Assembly (NCBI RefSeq): GCF_006345805.1
Contig: NW_021825323.1
Span: 806,001 to 870,000 of the forward strand
Direction of reading: 5' to 3'
Origin: Octopus sinensis
Lineage: Eukaryota
DNA length: 64,000 nt
Part shown: one piece after another, positions 1-11,566 of the stretch
Position numbering within the stretch: the first letter of the stretch is position 1
How the letters are laid out: the number at the start of each line of letters is the position of its first letter
Program-made: the position numbers and the translations under genes
Notes under the pieces: generated by a model
What the model saw: the letters and a program-made list of their open reading frames with translations, nothing else
Database searches by the model: none
What the model was told of the DNA's origin: nothing

Positions 1-457
1 TAAAAATATAAATAAATTTCAATAAAAATTAGATTTCTGAAGTTCTTTTGTTGATCTCTTCAATAAATATCTTAAATTAATAAATTTTTCTTTATTATTT
101 TGACGATCGCGATTCGCCGCAAACCAACATAGCATCAAAATCATTGATTAAACGGTGGCCAAATTGCGAGGGTTCACCTGTATAAAATAAATTCCACAAG
201 ACTAATTAAATTAACTGGCCAAAGTATAATTTTCTTACAACCATTTTTAAGCTATTAGTGCCATTTAGTCGACAGCACTATATGAGAACAATATAGTTAT
301 TTAAAATTCTAACTTTAGAGGCATTAAGTTTTTAGTTTACAGACAAAAGTTTCGGAATACTTAATCGTATATGAATAAACTAGAGAACATGAATCTAATA
401 TTTTTGATTTTAATTTTTTCAAAATTAATAATTATATGTGTTTAATTGATAGTAGTA

Positions 458-1941
458 ATGTTGAAAGTTTGTTCGTTGTGGATCATTGAAAAAACATGTC
501 TTTTAAGAAACATTCAACATAAAAATATCAGCACCACATGCATTAGAAGTTCTTTTTTCGACAGATGTATATCATAAATTGACATAATAATAATAAATAT
601 TCAGCAAATTCAGAAGATCTCTGGAAAACAGTGACCTCAGTAAGCCCAGCTGGTTTAAAGAAAGGACGGGGGAAGATGATCAAAAAAGTACTGGATCTTA
701 ACACTGGTCAAAAATTTGGATTTGGTTTATAAAGTAACATTACTATGCAGGCAAACATGGAGTAAAATTTCCAGACTTGTCTAAACAGGACATTGACTTT
801 TCACAATTCTCCGATCCTGAGTTTGGGAAGAAAAATTCGCTCAAAGTTTCGGAAAGACAATTTAGCCGTGCCGACCTTCGAAAGTCAGGTTTTTCCGGAA
901 AATTCAAAAATCCACTCAATCGTGGATTCAGCGGAAACCGCCTTGTTGGAAACTCAGCCGGCTTAGTTCTGGACGAAAATAACGGTTTTGAATTATTATT
1001 ACTTCTATAGAAGTGATTCCAGACCTAAAAAGTGTAATTTTAATGGTATTTTATTTAAAAATATAAAAAGTCGAGAAGGTTTTATACAATGACTTCTTTG
1101 GGACGAGCAAACTGGTATCGAGTTATTGTCGCGGTGGGAAATTGTAGGGGACTTGTCGGTATTTTCATTCTTGTTTATTCGACAGGATATGCAACAGAGA
1201 CGAGACCTTCAATGAAGGATGCCATAGCCTCTGTATTACTGATTAAAATATCTGTCTCAGGCTAAAATTTCGGCGTCCAATAATTTACTGTACTTTGATT
1301 TGTTCGAAAATAGGACAGGTATTTTGATTTGTCTAAAATTTTGTTTTTACTGTAAAAGTCATTTTAATTAGTTTATCATGACATGGATTGGAGTTTTGGA
1401 GCTGCCAGAATGACTGTGATTCGGAAAGATGCTGGTTATGGAATTATTTCTCAGCGGATATTGGCAAAATTATTTTATTTAGTCGGAGTTGAAGACGTTT
1501 ATGTTAAATTACTTCGAAAATGTAAGAATATTGAGTCAATTTGCGCTGCCTTCATTAATGGAATGCTATCCATGGTTGTGATGTTTAAGAGATCGAATAA
1601 ATTAGGAAACACACCAAAACCTGGCTGATAAAACTGGACTTTATTTGGTAAAATGTTCTTCTGATCTGATGGGGTATCCAATAATATTGTCTCGGCCATC
1701 TAACGAAGTTGAATCTTCGGATTTGAGCATGTCTGATTTAGATAAAATTAAATTGGATTACAAAATACCAAGAATTAAATCGTTCACGTCAAAAAAGACC
1801 GTTCCCGTTTCTGAAATGACTCACAATCTTTTATCACGGCATCGAAGGAGGAATCAGCATTCGGCAACTATCTTTAGAAAAGTCAATAAAGGATATTCTC
1901 GTAAATGCAATCTTAATAATTCTGTTGTCAATTCAAATTAA
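458..1941 (+). CDS. MRPS5: Mitochondrial ribosomal protein uS5m (multi-exon)
   Basis: Spliced translation gives SFFDRSNSEDLWKTVTSVSPAGLKKGRGK..DLNTGQKFG, RGFSGN, YTMTSLGR..RVIVAVGNCRG and GYGIISQRILAKLFYLVGVEDVYVKL, matching MRPS5 motifs. First intron 567-604 (38 nt, GT-AG). Confidence 0.9.
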
Positions 1942-2029
1942 TAATTAATTTCAATTTTTTCAATGTCGAGACTTATCTTGCTCTTTTGTGAATTAGGTTT
2001 AAGATTTCCCAGTGTTTTTTATTCTGACG

Positions 2030-3040
2030 TGCAACTATTCAGAAGTCCGCATAAAGAGTAAGTGGACGGGAAACATCGCGGTTAAGATACCCAGGAGAAA
2101 GATCGGGTTGGAGGCGCTCACTGGCAGTACTTTACTTTGTTGGCTTAGCTGGCGTATGGAATTTAATGAACCGAGCTATACACGGCAGGAAAAAAGGAAC
2201 TGATACTCGATGTTATTGAAGGTGAGAAAACACCCTGTCTGGACTTTACCGCTGGCTCTTCTGTTGACTTTGACGCGTAGAGGAGAAATGACCTCGGAAA
2301 AATCCAGGTTTTTCGTCCAAGTCCTTGTAATCCACGACTAAGTCCTTGTTATTTGTTTGCCAAATAAGTCGTCTACAGGAATATATTCTCATTTGATAAC
2401 TTTTATGTCTAATTTGTAAAAGCTTTTTTATTCCTAGAATGGTTAAAGATGAACGTAGTCGTGACATAATATCTAATATAGTATCCAGCACGTCTCGGTC
2501 TTAAATCTTTGTGGGACCTGCCTCTCGATTCACAGCGCGTCCTAGCCGGGCTGACCCTCAAGTCTGCGGCACTCTAGATACTTAAAATAACAAATTAATT
2601 AAGTAAACATTTCGTTTTGATATAATATCTTGTATAAATTTTATTTATTACAGGAGTGGCGAATCGAGCGAACCAGGCAAGGTAAACAGTTCCCTTCAGG
2701 ATCGTCACTTATTTTTAAAAGTTTATGACCAAAGTGGTGGTTACGGAATTCAACAAATTTCTCGAAGTCAATGAGATTCTGTCCAAAGAACCAGTTAGAA
2801 ATCAGTCATGTGACTTGGTTAAGCATTCCTAGCTTGCTGGGTGGTTGAGAATAAGCTATAGATAAGATATTATAGAAAACGGCTGTTTGTCTTTTGTGTT
2901 GAGCCCTCATTACAAAATTCGATTAGATGTCGATATTACTGATGTAGGGTCTCCAGTTCATTCCATTTCATATTAATTGCTGATTCAAACAGCTATCGGT
3001 CATTAAAAAACTTGCTTTAAATGGCAAAAACTCTAAGTGA
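2030..3040 (+). mobile_element. Possible very old, internally deleted CRE-type retrotransposon remnant
   Basis: GC-elevated. Broken frames give DFTAGSSVDFDA*RRNDL (cf. DFSPGSSGGVDGLRPGHL in the 8.6-11.4 kb copy), KDERSRDIISNI (cf. KDNGVRPIAVGNI) and AGWLR..IIENGCLSFVLS (cf. GAWL..LLDGDCLRVAIS). Similarity is weak and judged by eye. Confidence 0.35.
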
Positions 3041-3207
3041 CTTCATAAAGAATATTGGACTAATTTTTTACAAGGGAATGTGCATTTAGGTTCATTTTTC
3101 AACACAATAAACAGGATATTGTGTTTTGTGATAAAATAAAAAGACAGATCACAATCACAGATCATGTTTTTAGATCGTTTGCAGAAAATGGAAATAGAAA
3201 GATGTAC

Positions 3208-4050
3208 GCTTCTGGTCGGTGGGAAGCCCGGTTTGGTTCGAGGCTGGCCAATTTTCAATCTATCCAGCGGCAGTGGGACGAGATCTCTGGTCAGGCGACT
3301 TTCGAAGACCTGCTTTCTGTTTCCAATCAACACCAACTCGCTTGCCTACGTGCAGGTCGCTGTCAAAGCAGCGCTGCTTGGTTAAAGGATCTCCCTCTCC
3401 CTTCCATACGGAATCTGGTGTACAAGATTGCTTAAAAATTGCAATCTTCCTCCGTGTCAAGCTGAATATCTGTCAGGCGGAAAAATAATGCTGCGGAGTA
3501 ACTATTGAAAAGTACGGTTTTCACCCTCTCGCTTGCCTTCGGAGTCGTACCCCTCGCTACAGTGAACTCAATGCAATCATTTAGAGTGGCCTCGCCTTCG
3601 CGGTATCCCGTCAATCTTAGAGCATGTTGGGCTGGATAGAAGAAACGGCAAACGCCCAGATGGCATGTCCACCTTCCCTTACGAGCAGGGGAAATCCTTT
3701 ATTTGGGACTCTATCTGCTTAGACACATATTCGCGTGGAAATTTTGTTCTGTTCGCTGTTGATCCTAGATACGCGTCGAGGCTGACCGAGGATCGCAAGA
3801 TTCTCAAGTAAGGCCACCTCTTGAACTCGCATTTTGTTTACTCTAATTGCTTTGGAGTCTTTGCGGATCTTCGGCCCCAAGACGCTTCGCTTCCTTTGTT
3901 CGCTCGGTCGACGGATATCAAGAATAAGACACGATTCCAGAGAGTCATCTTGGTTCTTGGAACGTCTGTCAATCGCTGTGATTCGTGGGAATGGCTTTGC
4001 TATTCGCAAGGCTGGCCCTGCGTCTCGTGAGGCCATTTTTTTTATTTTTA
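3208..4050 (+). mobile_element. CRE-clade non-LTR retrotransposon, 5'-truncated copy (RLE domain, frameshifted)
   Basis: Encodes GRWEARFG..SIQRQWDEIS..LACLRAGRC..AAWL, a degenerate CCHC region, GKRPDG, WDS and LERLSIAVIRGNGFAIR. Same motifs as the RT-bearing copy at 8.6-11.4 kb. Confidence 0.9.
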
Positions 4051-6392
4051 TTTAAAGACCAAACACGGGCAAAGCCAGTTAATTATAGTTATTCCCGTGA
4101 TCGCCGATCCAAACGAGGGAGATCCTTCTGAAAGGTTCAATCCTTCCCGCAAGATCGGCCTGAGACGACGATGTCCCAGGGTCTCTTACCTTCCGGGCTT
4201 AGCGTGGCGTTACGGGGTCCACCATGTCAGTTGGAAATTCCTTCGGATATGGCAACGCTCAGGAGGCACTTAATGCCTACCGAAAAAAGACTCTTAGCTT
4301 CTCAGACCCTGGGACAGCGCCAGTTGTATAACGTGAGGCCATTAACTAATTAAATTATTCATGAATAACTTTGACAATAATTAACATGTTTAAAATTAAA
4401 GGATTCAAAACAAATTACAGCAAATTCGTTTGCCTGGTGAAAAATACCGACAATTTTTTGGAATCAATAAAATATCTGAATTTGCAAAATGTCATGAAAT
4501 TAATTTCAGAGGCATATGTGCAAATTCAAAATTGCTGGAAAAAATTTTTGAGTGTCGATGCGAGAAAATAATAAATTTTAGCACGAAGATTTATACGGAC
4601 ATGACAAAAATGGTGAACGAAGTTTTTTCCAAAGAATCCCTTGAAGGCAAAATAAATTTGTATAATAGACACGAATCAACGGACATCATTGATTCACTGA
4701 GAATGATTAACTAAATGGAGGAAATATTCTGGGTTTATTAACAGCAAAAATAAGCGTGAGAAAACAAAAAAAGAAGAAAGACATACGACCTCAAAGCGAT
4801 AAAGGACTGATACACTAGTCAAAAGTTCTCTTTATTTTTTTGATGACATAGGCCGAATTAGTCACTAAATATTAAGATTATTAAGCATTATTGATCATCG
4901 CTGTCACCAATTCCCAAAACTCTTTTGTTCCTGGGTCGCATTTGAATATCGTCTTGGTCATTCCCAGATTCAAGCTTTCTCCTGATCCTTCAATAGTCTT
5001 TTTTATGCATACTGGTGATGTTTCGCAATTTAGCTTAAAAACAGTTCCGAATAGATCTCTTAAACGATTTATTTGCGGAGCGGAGTTCTAACGTTAGTAA
5101 AGAACTTTCCGGACTGTTTCGTACCCATTCTGACAGTTAGCTCTGTTTTAGCTAGAAAAAATCTCACTAGTCAAAAGTAGTCATCATCTAATAGCCTTTT
5201 TAGTATATTTATAAGCTTATTTCTTGATTCAATATAAGGTGACAAATGTCACTGGAGATCCCCTTTTTAATTTTTTGATACCAATAAACATTCGATTCTC
5301 AAATTAAGTTTTATTATCTTGCAGGTTTTATCGTCGAGGTATTGGTTCATTAGCTTGTTTAATCGTCTTTTTATTTGATAGAAAATTTTATTTCTTACTC
5401 AAGCGTATCAAAACTATATCATATCGCATTCTTTTCGGGCTATTCTCTGTCAGCACATTCGTAAACAACAGACGGGCCCCACCGGCATCATTCTGCTTTT
5501 TTCCTAGTATGCCAAAGGACTGGTTCAGATATGTGCGTGCAATGTTAAGTTTATCACTACCTAGTGACTTCTCGAATCCAACCTCTTTAAAAATTTCTTG
5601 CAAAGAATGTAGTCAATCTGGTTGAATATTGTTTTTAACTTTCACTTCTTACATTTCGAAAGGCTATCCGCGCTGTCCTGTATTTTGCAGTGTTCAAAAA
5701 TCGTGTTGCACAGATATAGAGATAACTGGACAATAAAACCGCCAGATGCATTTCTTAATTTTCTTTCCTAAAATTTCACACAATCCTGATCCTTCCATCT
5801 TAACCCGCAAATGAATGTTAGAGTAAATCTGCGCAAATCCATATGAAACGAGATAGTTTTATGTAAATTCGTGGTTCTAGAAAGTGAAATAAAAAAATAA
5901 AAGTGAAAAATGAAAGTGCAGTGTATTGGTTTCTTAATAAAACGTATCAAAGTGGATTTAGTTATTTTAAAAGACTATGTCAAGAATAAACAACAGCCTT
6001 TCTTCTTTCAATGATCCAACATCAATGCATTTAGATCAATCCTCATCCCAGAGTATGCTGCCAGAATTATTAGACGAGCTTGCCTTTTAAGCATTTGAAC
6101 GGCTAATACCTGTTTCAGACACTTAACCGAAATGTTAAAAGAATTAGAAATTATACAAAAAATGAAATTATCATTATCGACTGAATTAAAAAAGTATTAT
6201 TACTGATTTTGTCTTATTTTTAAATGTTGACTTATTCATTATAGATAAACTTCCATCAATCGGATTGCTTTCCCATTAAGAAATAATGTTTTTGGAGTTT
6301 TCAATAATTATTACTAAATTTTTAAGCAGAATTTTTTACAAAAACGGGGACATCTGAATTTCAAAGTCTAAATATAAGTAAAAATATGAGTC

Positions 6393-6449
6393 AATAGGTC
6401 AAAATTGTAACACAATAGAATGTGTAACGCAGATGGTTTGCCACATTTA
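6393..6449 (-). repeat. Inverted partial copy of one end of the MITE-like element at 61614-62665
   Basis: ataggtcaaaattgtaacacaatagaatgtgtaacgcagatggtttgccacat-tta aligns with the reverse complement of the element's left end once the nested CRE copy is removed (ataggtcacgtgtgtaacacgattgaatgcaacgcggatggctcgccacat-taa). Confidence 0.65.
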
Positions 6450-6634
6450 ATTACAAAAAAATTAATTAAATAACCAAGGTTTCTAGAAATTTTTTTGTAA
6501 AATAATCAAATACCCAAAATAAAATAATACTAAATTATGGAATAACTAAATATTGTAAAAATTTTAAATAAATAATTATATTAGTATTTAATTATCTAAT
6601 AATAGTTCAAACTAGCGTTTTTTCACGTGTTGCA

Positions 6635-8404
6635 ATGGCTGAACGTAAAGAAAAATATAAAAATGAAGGAAAATCGACGGTATTTAATAGAAAAATCTGA
6701 AAATATGCCACCAGTTGCTGACTTATTATTTTTAGGAACTTCGCCGTCGTAGATTAGAGACGGCTGTAGAATTGAGAAAATCCAAACAGGAAGATAAATT
6801 TTCAAAGAGGAGATTTATGGAGGAGGAGGAAATAAAACTCCCTTCCGAAAGTGATTCAGTGAATGTTATCCTTATTTTATTGTATATTCAAGATTAAAGA
6901 ACTGTCTCTAATACTGCAAGATCTAGGGAACAATCCTTTGGATTTACTTCAAAGAAATGTAGGAATTATTCGCAAAAGCCTGATATCTAAAAACCCACCA
7001 ATCAACCTTGTTTTGGAATCTGGAGCTCTTCCTATTCTTATGAGATGCCTTACCTGCAACGATCATTCAACTTTACAATATGAAACCACTTGGATTTTTA
7101 CCAATATCGCTTCTGGCAACACTGATCAAACAAATGAGCTTGTCAAAGCAGGGGCTATTCCTGTACTTATTAACTTGCTGTATTCTCCAATCATTCAAAT
7201 CAAAAACCAAGCTTTGTGGGCTTTGGGTAACATTTCTGGAGATTCTGCCACTCTTCGTGATTTCTGTGTGGATTCAGGTTTGGTTACTCCCTTAGTCAAT
7301 TTGATCATACCGAACGCACAGGTTGTAGTTGTTATGCTATATTGAAAGGTATCAACATTGAGAATTTGTGCTTGGACTTTATCTAATCTTTGTCGATATA
7401 AATCTCCCATACCTCGAAAGGAGGTTGTTGAGTTCGTCCTTCCATATATAAAAAGTCTTCTTTTTGTGGATGATTCGAATGTAATTTCTGATTCACTTTG
7501 GGCTGTTCTTTATCTCGCGGACGCTAGTGAAAATTATATCAAGCTTATTGTTGATTCAGGTATTATATAATATTTCTAATTACAATTTATGTTACGTTAA
7601 GTTTAGCATTTTATTGTTAATTTGAAAACCGCAGTTTATATTTCACAAATTGCCTAAAAAAATTGTTAGATTTTATTCCTATTTTATCGTCTATCTTGGC
7701 TTCTTATGACAAGGAGTGTGTTCCCCAGATATTAAGAATATTCGGCAATACTTCTTATATGCAGGAAAGTTGTTATTCACAGGTTGATATTTGCCATGAT
7801 TGATGGTAGGTTTTACTTGATAACGGGGTTCTTGATTCACTTAAAAAATTGATGAATTCGAGTTCTTTGGCAATTCGAAAAGATTCTGTGTGGGTTATTT
7901 CTAATATTGCTGCCGGGGAGCAGTCACAGATTGAGTGTTTGATTACCTCGGGATGTTTGAATATAGTATATGACAAATTATTAAATGTTTTTAGTTGATG
8001 ATTTATTTTTTAGGATAAAAACAAAATCAAAACCGAATCATTTTGGGTATTCAAGAATATTTTGGCCGATGGTTCACCAGAACAAATATTGCTCGTTCTT
8101 AGTTTAGACGGATTTGTTAAATCTACTATTAATTGCCTGTCCTTAAATGATCGGGGGCTTATTATGTCCGCTTTGGAGTGCATATATTCAATGTTGAGTT
8201 CTTCACGTAAAGTTGGGCGATTCGACAATGTTTGCTTCGAGATTGAGACTTCCGATGGGCTTGACAGAATAGAAGAGTTGCAGACATCTGATTATAGTTC
8301 GGTGGCAAATACTGCTTCTTTCATTGTCAGTGAATTTTTCGAGGTTCTTTTTGTTTTTCTATTTTAAGGGCTTTTTACCAGATGATATTGACATGGAAGA
8401 ATAA
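6635..8404 (+). CDS. Importin alpha (karyopherin alpha; paralogue not assigned)
   Basis: IBB domain MAERKEKYKNEGKST|ELRRRRLETAVELRKSKQEDKFSKRR. ARM repeats QYETTWIFTNIASG, ALWALGNISGD, CAWTLSNLCR, VWVISNIAAG. Ends FLPDDIDMEE*. Confidence 0.95.
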
Positions 8405-8462
8405 ATTTTGTGTTAGACTATTTCTAGTTTCACTCATTTTAAAACGATTTTATCATTTTTTA

Positions 8463-8558
8463 AACATTTTATTGGTAAATAGAGACTTTCGAACGGCGAG
8501 TGTTTTGGTGGCCCTTCCTCGATCAGATACGGTCAACATCTTTTAAACTCGATTAATT
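8463..8558. repeat. 96-bp target-site duplication, left copy
   Basis: Identical to 11382-11477 (aacattttattggtaaatagagac...taaactcgattaatt); abuts the element's poly(A) tail. Confidence 0.95.
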
Positions 8559-11381
8559 CTTTTTTTTTTTTTTATTCAATATAACTGTAAACGAAAACAG
8601 AGAGAAAAGAGAGTTAACAAGAGGACTTCCCCGCCTCGTAGATGGAGAAACAGTTTCCACGTACAATGGCAAGGGAAATCCTCTGAAGGAGCCATCCACA
8701 CTCACGCGTGTCGTTTCTCTTGCGAGAAATCAGACGACCTAGCTTTTTGAGGAAAATGAGTGACCTGTCACCGATTACGCCAGAGGTCTCCACGGCGATC
8801 GGGTAAACAGATAGCGTTCCGAGAGATTGGTGTACTTTGAAATCTTTAATTCTTCTGCTCTGCGAGAAGCAGAGCCAGCTGCGACAGCTGAAGGAGGAGA
8901 TTTAGTTCAGAAAAAGTATCTGAGCAAGTTGCATCCCATATCAGCGATTTTCCGAACTCGAATGGGAAGGTGGATAGACCGTCAGGCCTCTTTCCGTCTC
9001 CCCTAGCAAGCCCGACTGGTTCGAGAATTGATGGGATTCCGGCAGCTTTGAGCCCCCTCAGGACGACGTCATTTAGGGCAGCGTGGCGTGGGGCACGCCC
9101 AGCACTGCGTCTGCAGGAAAGAGGGTGTAGTCCGTACTGGTCGATCATGGCCCCACAGCGGCACTTGTGAATTTCGCAGATCTTCAAACCGAGGCGGAGG
9201 GAGATAGCTACTCTGAGGCAATCGCCGTCGAGTAGTGTCCCGATGCTCGGAAGAGGGGGGGCCTTCAGCCAAGCACCGCTGCCTTGACAGCGACCTGCGC
9301 GTAGGCAGGCGAGGCGGTGTTGATTAGAGACGGCGATCAGGTCTTCGTATATTTTCTGACAGGAGATTTCATCCCATTGGCGCTGGATAGATGTGGAATC
9401 AGGTATACACGGGCCAAACCGAGCTTCCCACCGACCACAGGCAGCAGAGTAATCTTCAGACAATTTGCGTTCGGGAAGGTTTCTGAGAACGATGTCTGAG
9501 AGAATACGTGAAGCAGAGCGTGCGGAAAGGAAGGCTGGGAGGGCGAGATCGGAATAAGATCTCATGCCCAGGCCGCCCCAGCGCACCGGTAGAGATGCCT
9601 GAGACCAACCCGATCGTCAATGGCCAGATTACATAGCGAGCTCGTACCGAGCCTGAGGATGTTATCCAGATTTGACAGAAGGTCGTCTCTTTTGAAACAG
9701 GGAGCACACCTTAATGTGTAAAGGACCTTAGGCATAGAAAAGTAATTCCGCAGTAGGAAGAAAGCTACATGAGGCTCGATGTCTTTGAGCTTCTCGATCA
9801 TTTTGGAAAGATTAGAGATTTTGCAAGACAGCGTGTCTTCAAGGACAGAAGACCCATGGGAGCACCGAGGATCATCAAATTCGACTTGTCGGTGACTGGA
9901 CGTCAGAAAGGATATTTTGGCACGTGGAAGTCGCGACAGTGAATGAATTGGGTTAAGATTGATGTTCACCACTTCGGATTTGTTGTCGTTTATAGAAAGG
10001 CCAATGGCCGAGAGGGAAGGAATAATGAAACGGAGGTCGCCAAAAACAACATCGGGAGGGCCCAAAATGGTCGCATCGTCAAGGTACCAAATGTTAATTG
10101 GGGAACGGACAGTGGGCAATATTATTAACGCCCAAGGCGAAAAGAACAGGGCCAGGGGGTCACCCTGCTGAACCCCGGTAGACGAAGAAATAGGTATATC
10201 GTTGAACATAAGGATACTTGAGCAAGCATATGAGAGATGCACAAGGGGATAGGCGAAAGGGACTAATTCACGACAGCACTCCAGAAGGTGGTCCCGTCTG
10301 ATGGAATTGAATGCGTTGGAAACGTCCAATTTGACCATAATAAACTCCTCAAATGATTCAGTTAAATCACGAATTGAGTGGACAGCAGCTTCGCAGCCGT
10401 TAGGAACGCCAACCCCGAGTTGGACAGGCAGAAACTTCGAGGACAAGCAGGGAACAATGGCTCGACACAGAAGTTTAGCGGAGAGCCTCCGGAAAATATT
10501 GCCCACGGCGATGGGCCTCACGCCGTTGTCCTTTTTCCGAGGGCAGTAAGGTTGGCGGAAAAGAAAATATCACGAGCAAAATCGGGGAGGGACCGGAGAT
10601 GAAGCGGTTGCACAGGTTGGTGATTGAGCGTAGGAGTTTTCGACCAGCTTCGGCGGTAGTGGGAGACGTCAGGTCTTTCAGATGACCTGGTCTCAGACCA
10701 TCTACACCACCACTGCTTCCAGGTGAAAAGTCCTTCAGGGCATTCAGTACAAGAGTTTCCGAGACAGCAAAAGGATTGAGAGCGAGGGTGTCAGGGGACG
10801 GCTGAGGCCTGAAGTCGTTTGGCTGAGGGGGATGTTTTTCCCTGAGGGAATTCAAAACAGCAGGGGTCGTGGGCAAAAGGGAACTTGTCGAGGCAACCAG
10901 CCTAACTGCACCACGAACGTCGCCGTCCAAGAGTTTCTATTAATCTTTCTGTTGAGGTAGTCGACGTCATTCGCGTGAGAGACACATTATGGGATGGTGA
11001 ACCAGAGGGAAATTCGGAGCTAGCGAGGTGGTCCCGCAGCCAGCGGATGGAAAAAGAGTTCTTATCGTACAAGGCCAATTCTTGTTTGACGGTTGTAGCC
11101 AGCGAAATGGAGGAGGTTTTCACACGGGCTCTTAATGGGGCAAAACCGAGACCGAAAGAGGCGAAGCAAAACAGCTTAAGCCAATCGGAATGGCCATCAG
11201 ATGCCAAAGCCTTATCGATTGCGGCGGACAGGGAGGAGGCTGCAAAGATACGCGCAGCTTTGGGATTCTGGATGGGATTTTCGGAGACGACGGAAGAGCT
11301 TGATAGATTTGAGAACTTCCTCGGCAGACGGGATGTTGCGAATGGCGGTTTTTCGGGGAGTTCTTGCGGGCTGGAACACTG
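8559..11381 (-). mobile_element. CRE-clade non-LTR retrotransposon, near-complete 5'-truncated copy with several frameshifts
   Basis: RIPK..., LLDGDVRGAVRL, RPIAVGNIFRRLSAK, VKLDVSNAFNSIRR, GVQQGDPL, WYLDD (RT). Then C-x-C..H..SC knuckle, RHAALND, DGKRPDG, WDATC (RLE). Poly(A) on the minus strand from 8560. Confidence 0.95.
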
Positions 11382-11477
11382 AACATTTTATTGGTAAATA
11401 GAGACTTTCGAACGGCGAGTGTTTTGGTGGCCCTTCCTCGATCAGATACGGTCAACATCTTTTAAACTCGATTAATT
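11382..11477. repeat. 96-bp target-site duplication, right copy
   Basis: Identical to 8463-8558. Contains a minus-strand AATAAA (11387-11392) about 175 nt downstream of the MED14 stop. Confidence 0.95.
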
Positions 11478-11566
11478 TCTTATATTTCAAATTTGTGAAA
11501 GACTCATGTCAAGTTAATTCATATTAAATTGAAAAGGAAATTATTACTAAATAAAAAAATAAAAAA

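Noticed and set aside
4095-4345. Additional degenerate CRE RLE fragment on the minus strand (EGKRPWD; RRISLVWIGDHGN)
   Set aside because: Motif matches are too short and interrupted to list as a feature; kept only as a weak candidate.
8475-8545. The 96-bp target as a tRNA/snRNA/SL RNA gene (minus-strand GTTCGAAA and ...TTTACCA, relatively GC-rich)
   Set aside because: The T-arm stem does not pair (G53 opposite G), and there is no cloverleaf, A-box or clear Sm site. It is better explained as a shared 3' region, though an Infernal search would be needed to exclude an ncRNA.
10301-11401. Plus-strand ORFs in the track overlapping CRE copies (also 61754-62356, 18950-19189, 63608-63962)
   Set aside because: Antisense or off-frame shadows of GC-rich or low-complexity retrotransposon sequence; no independent protein motifs.
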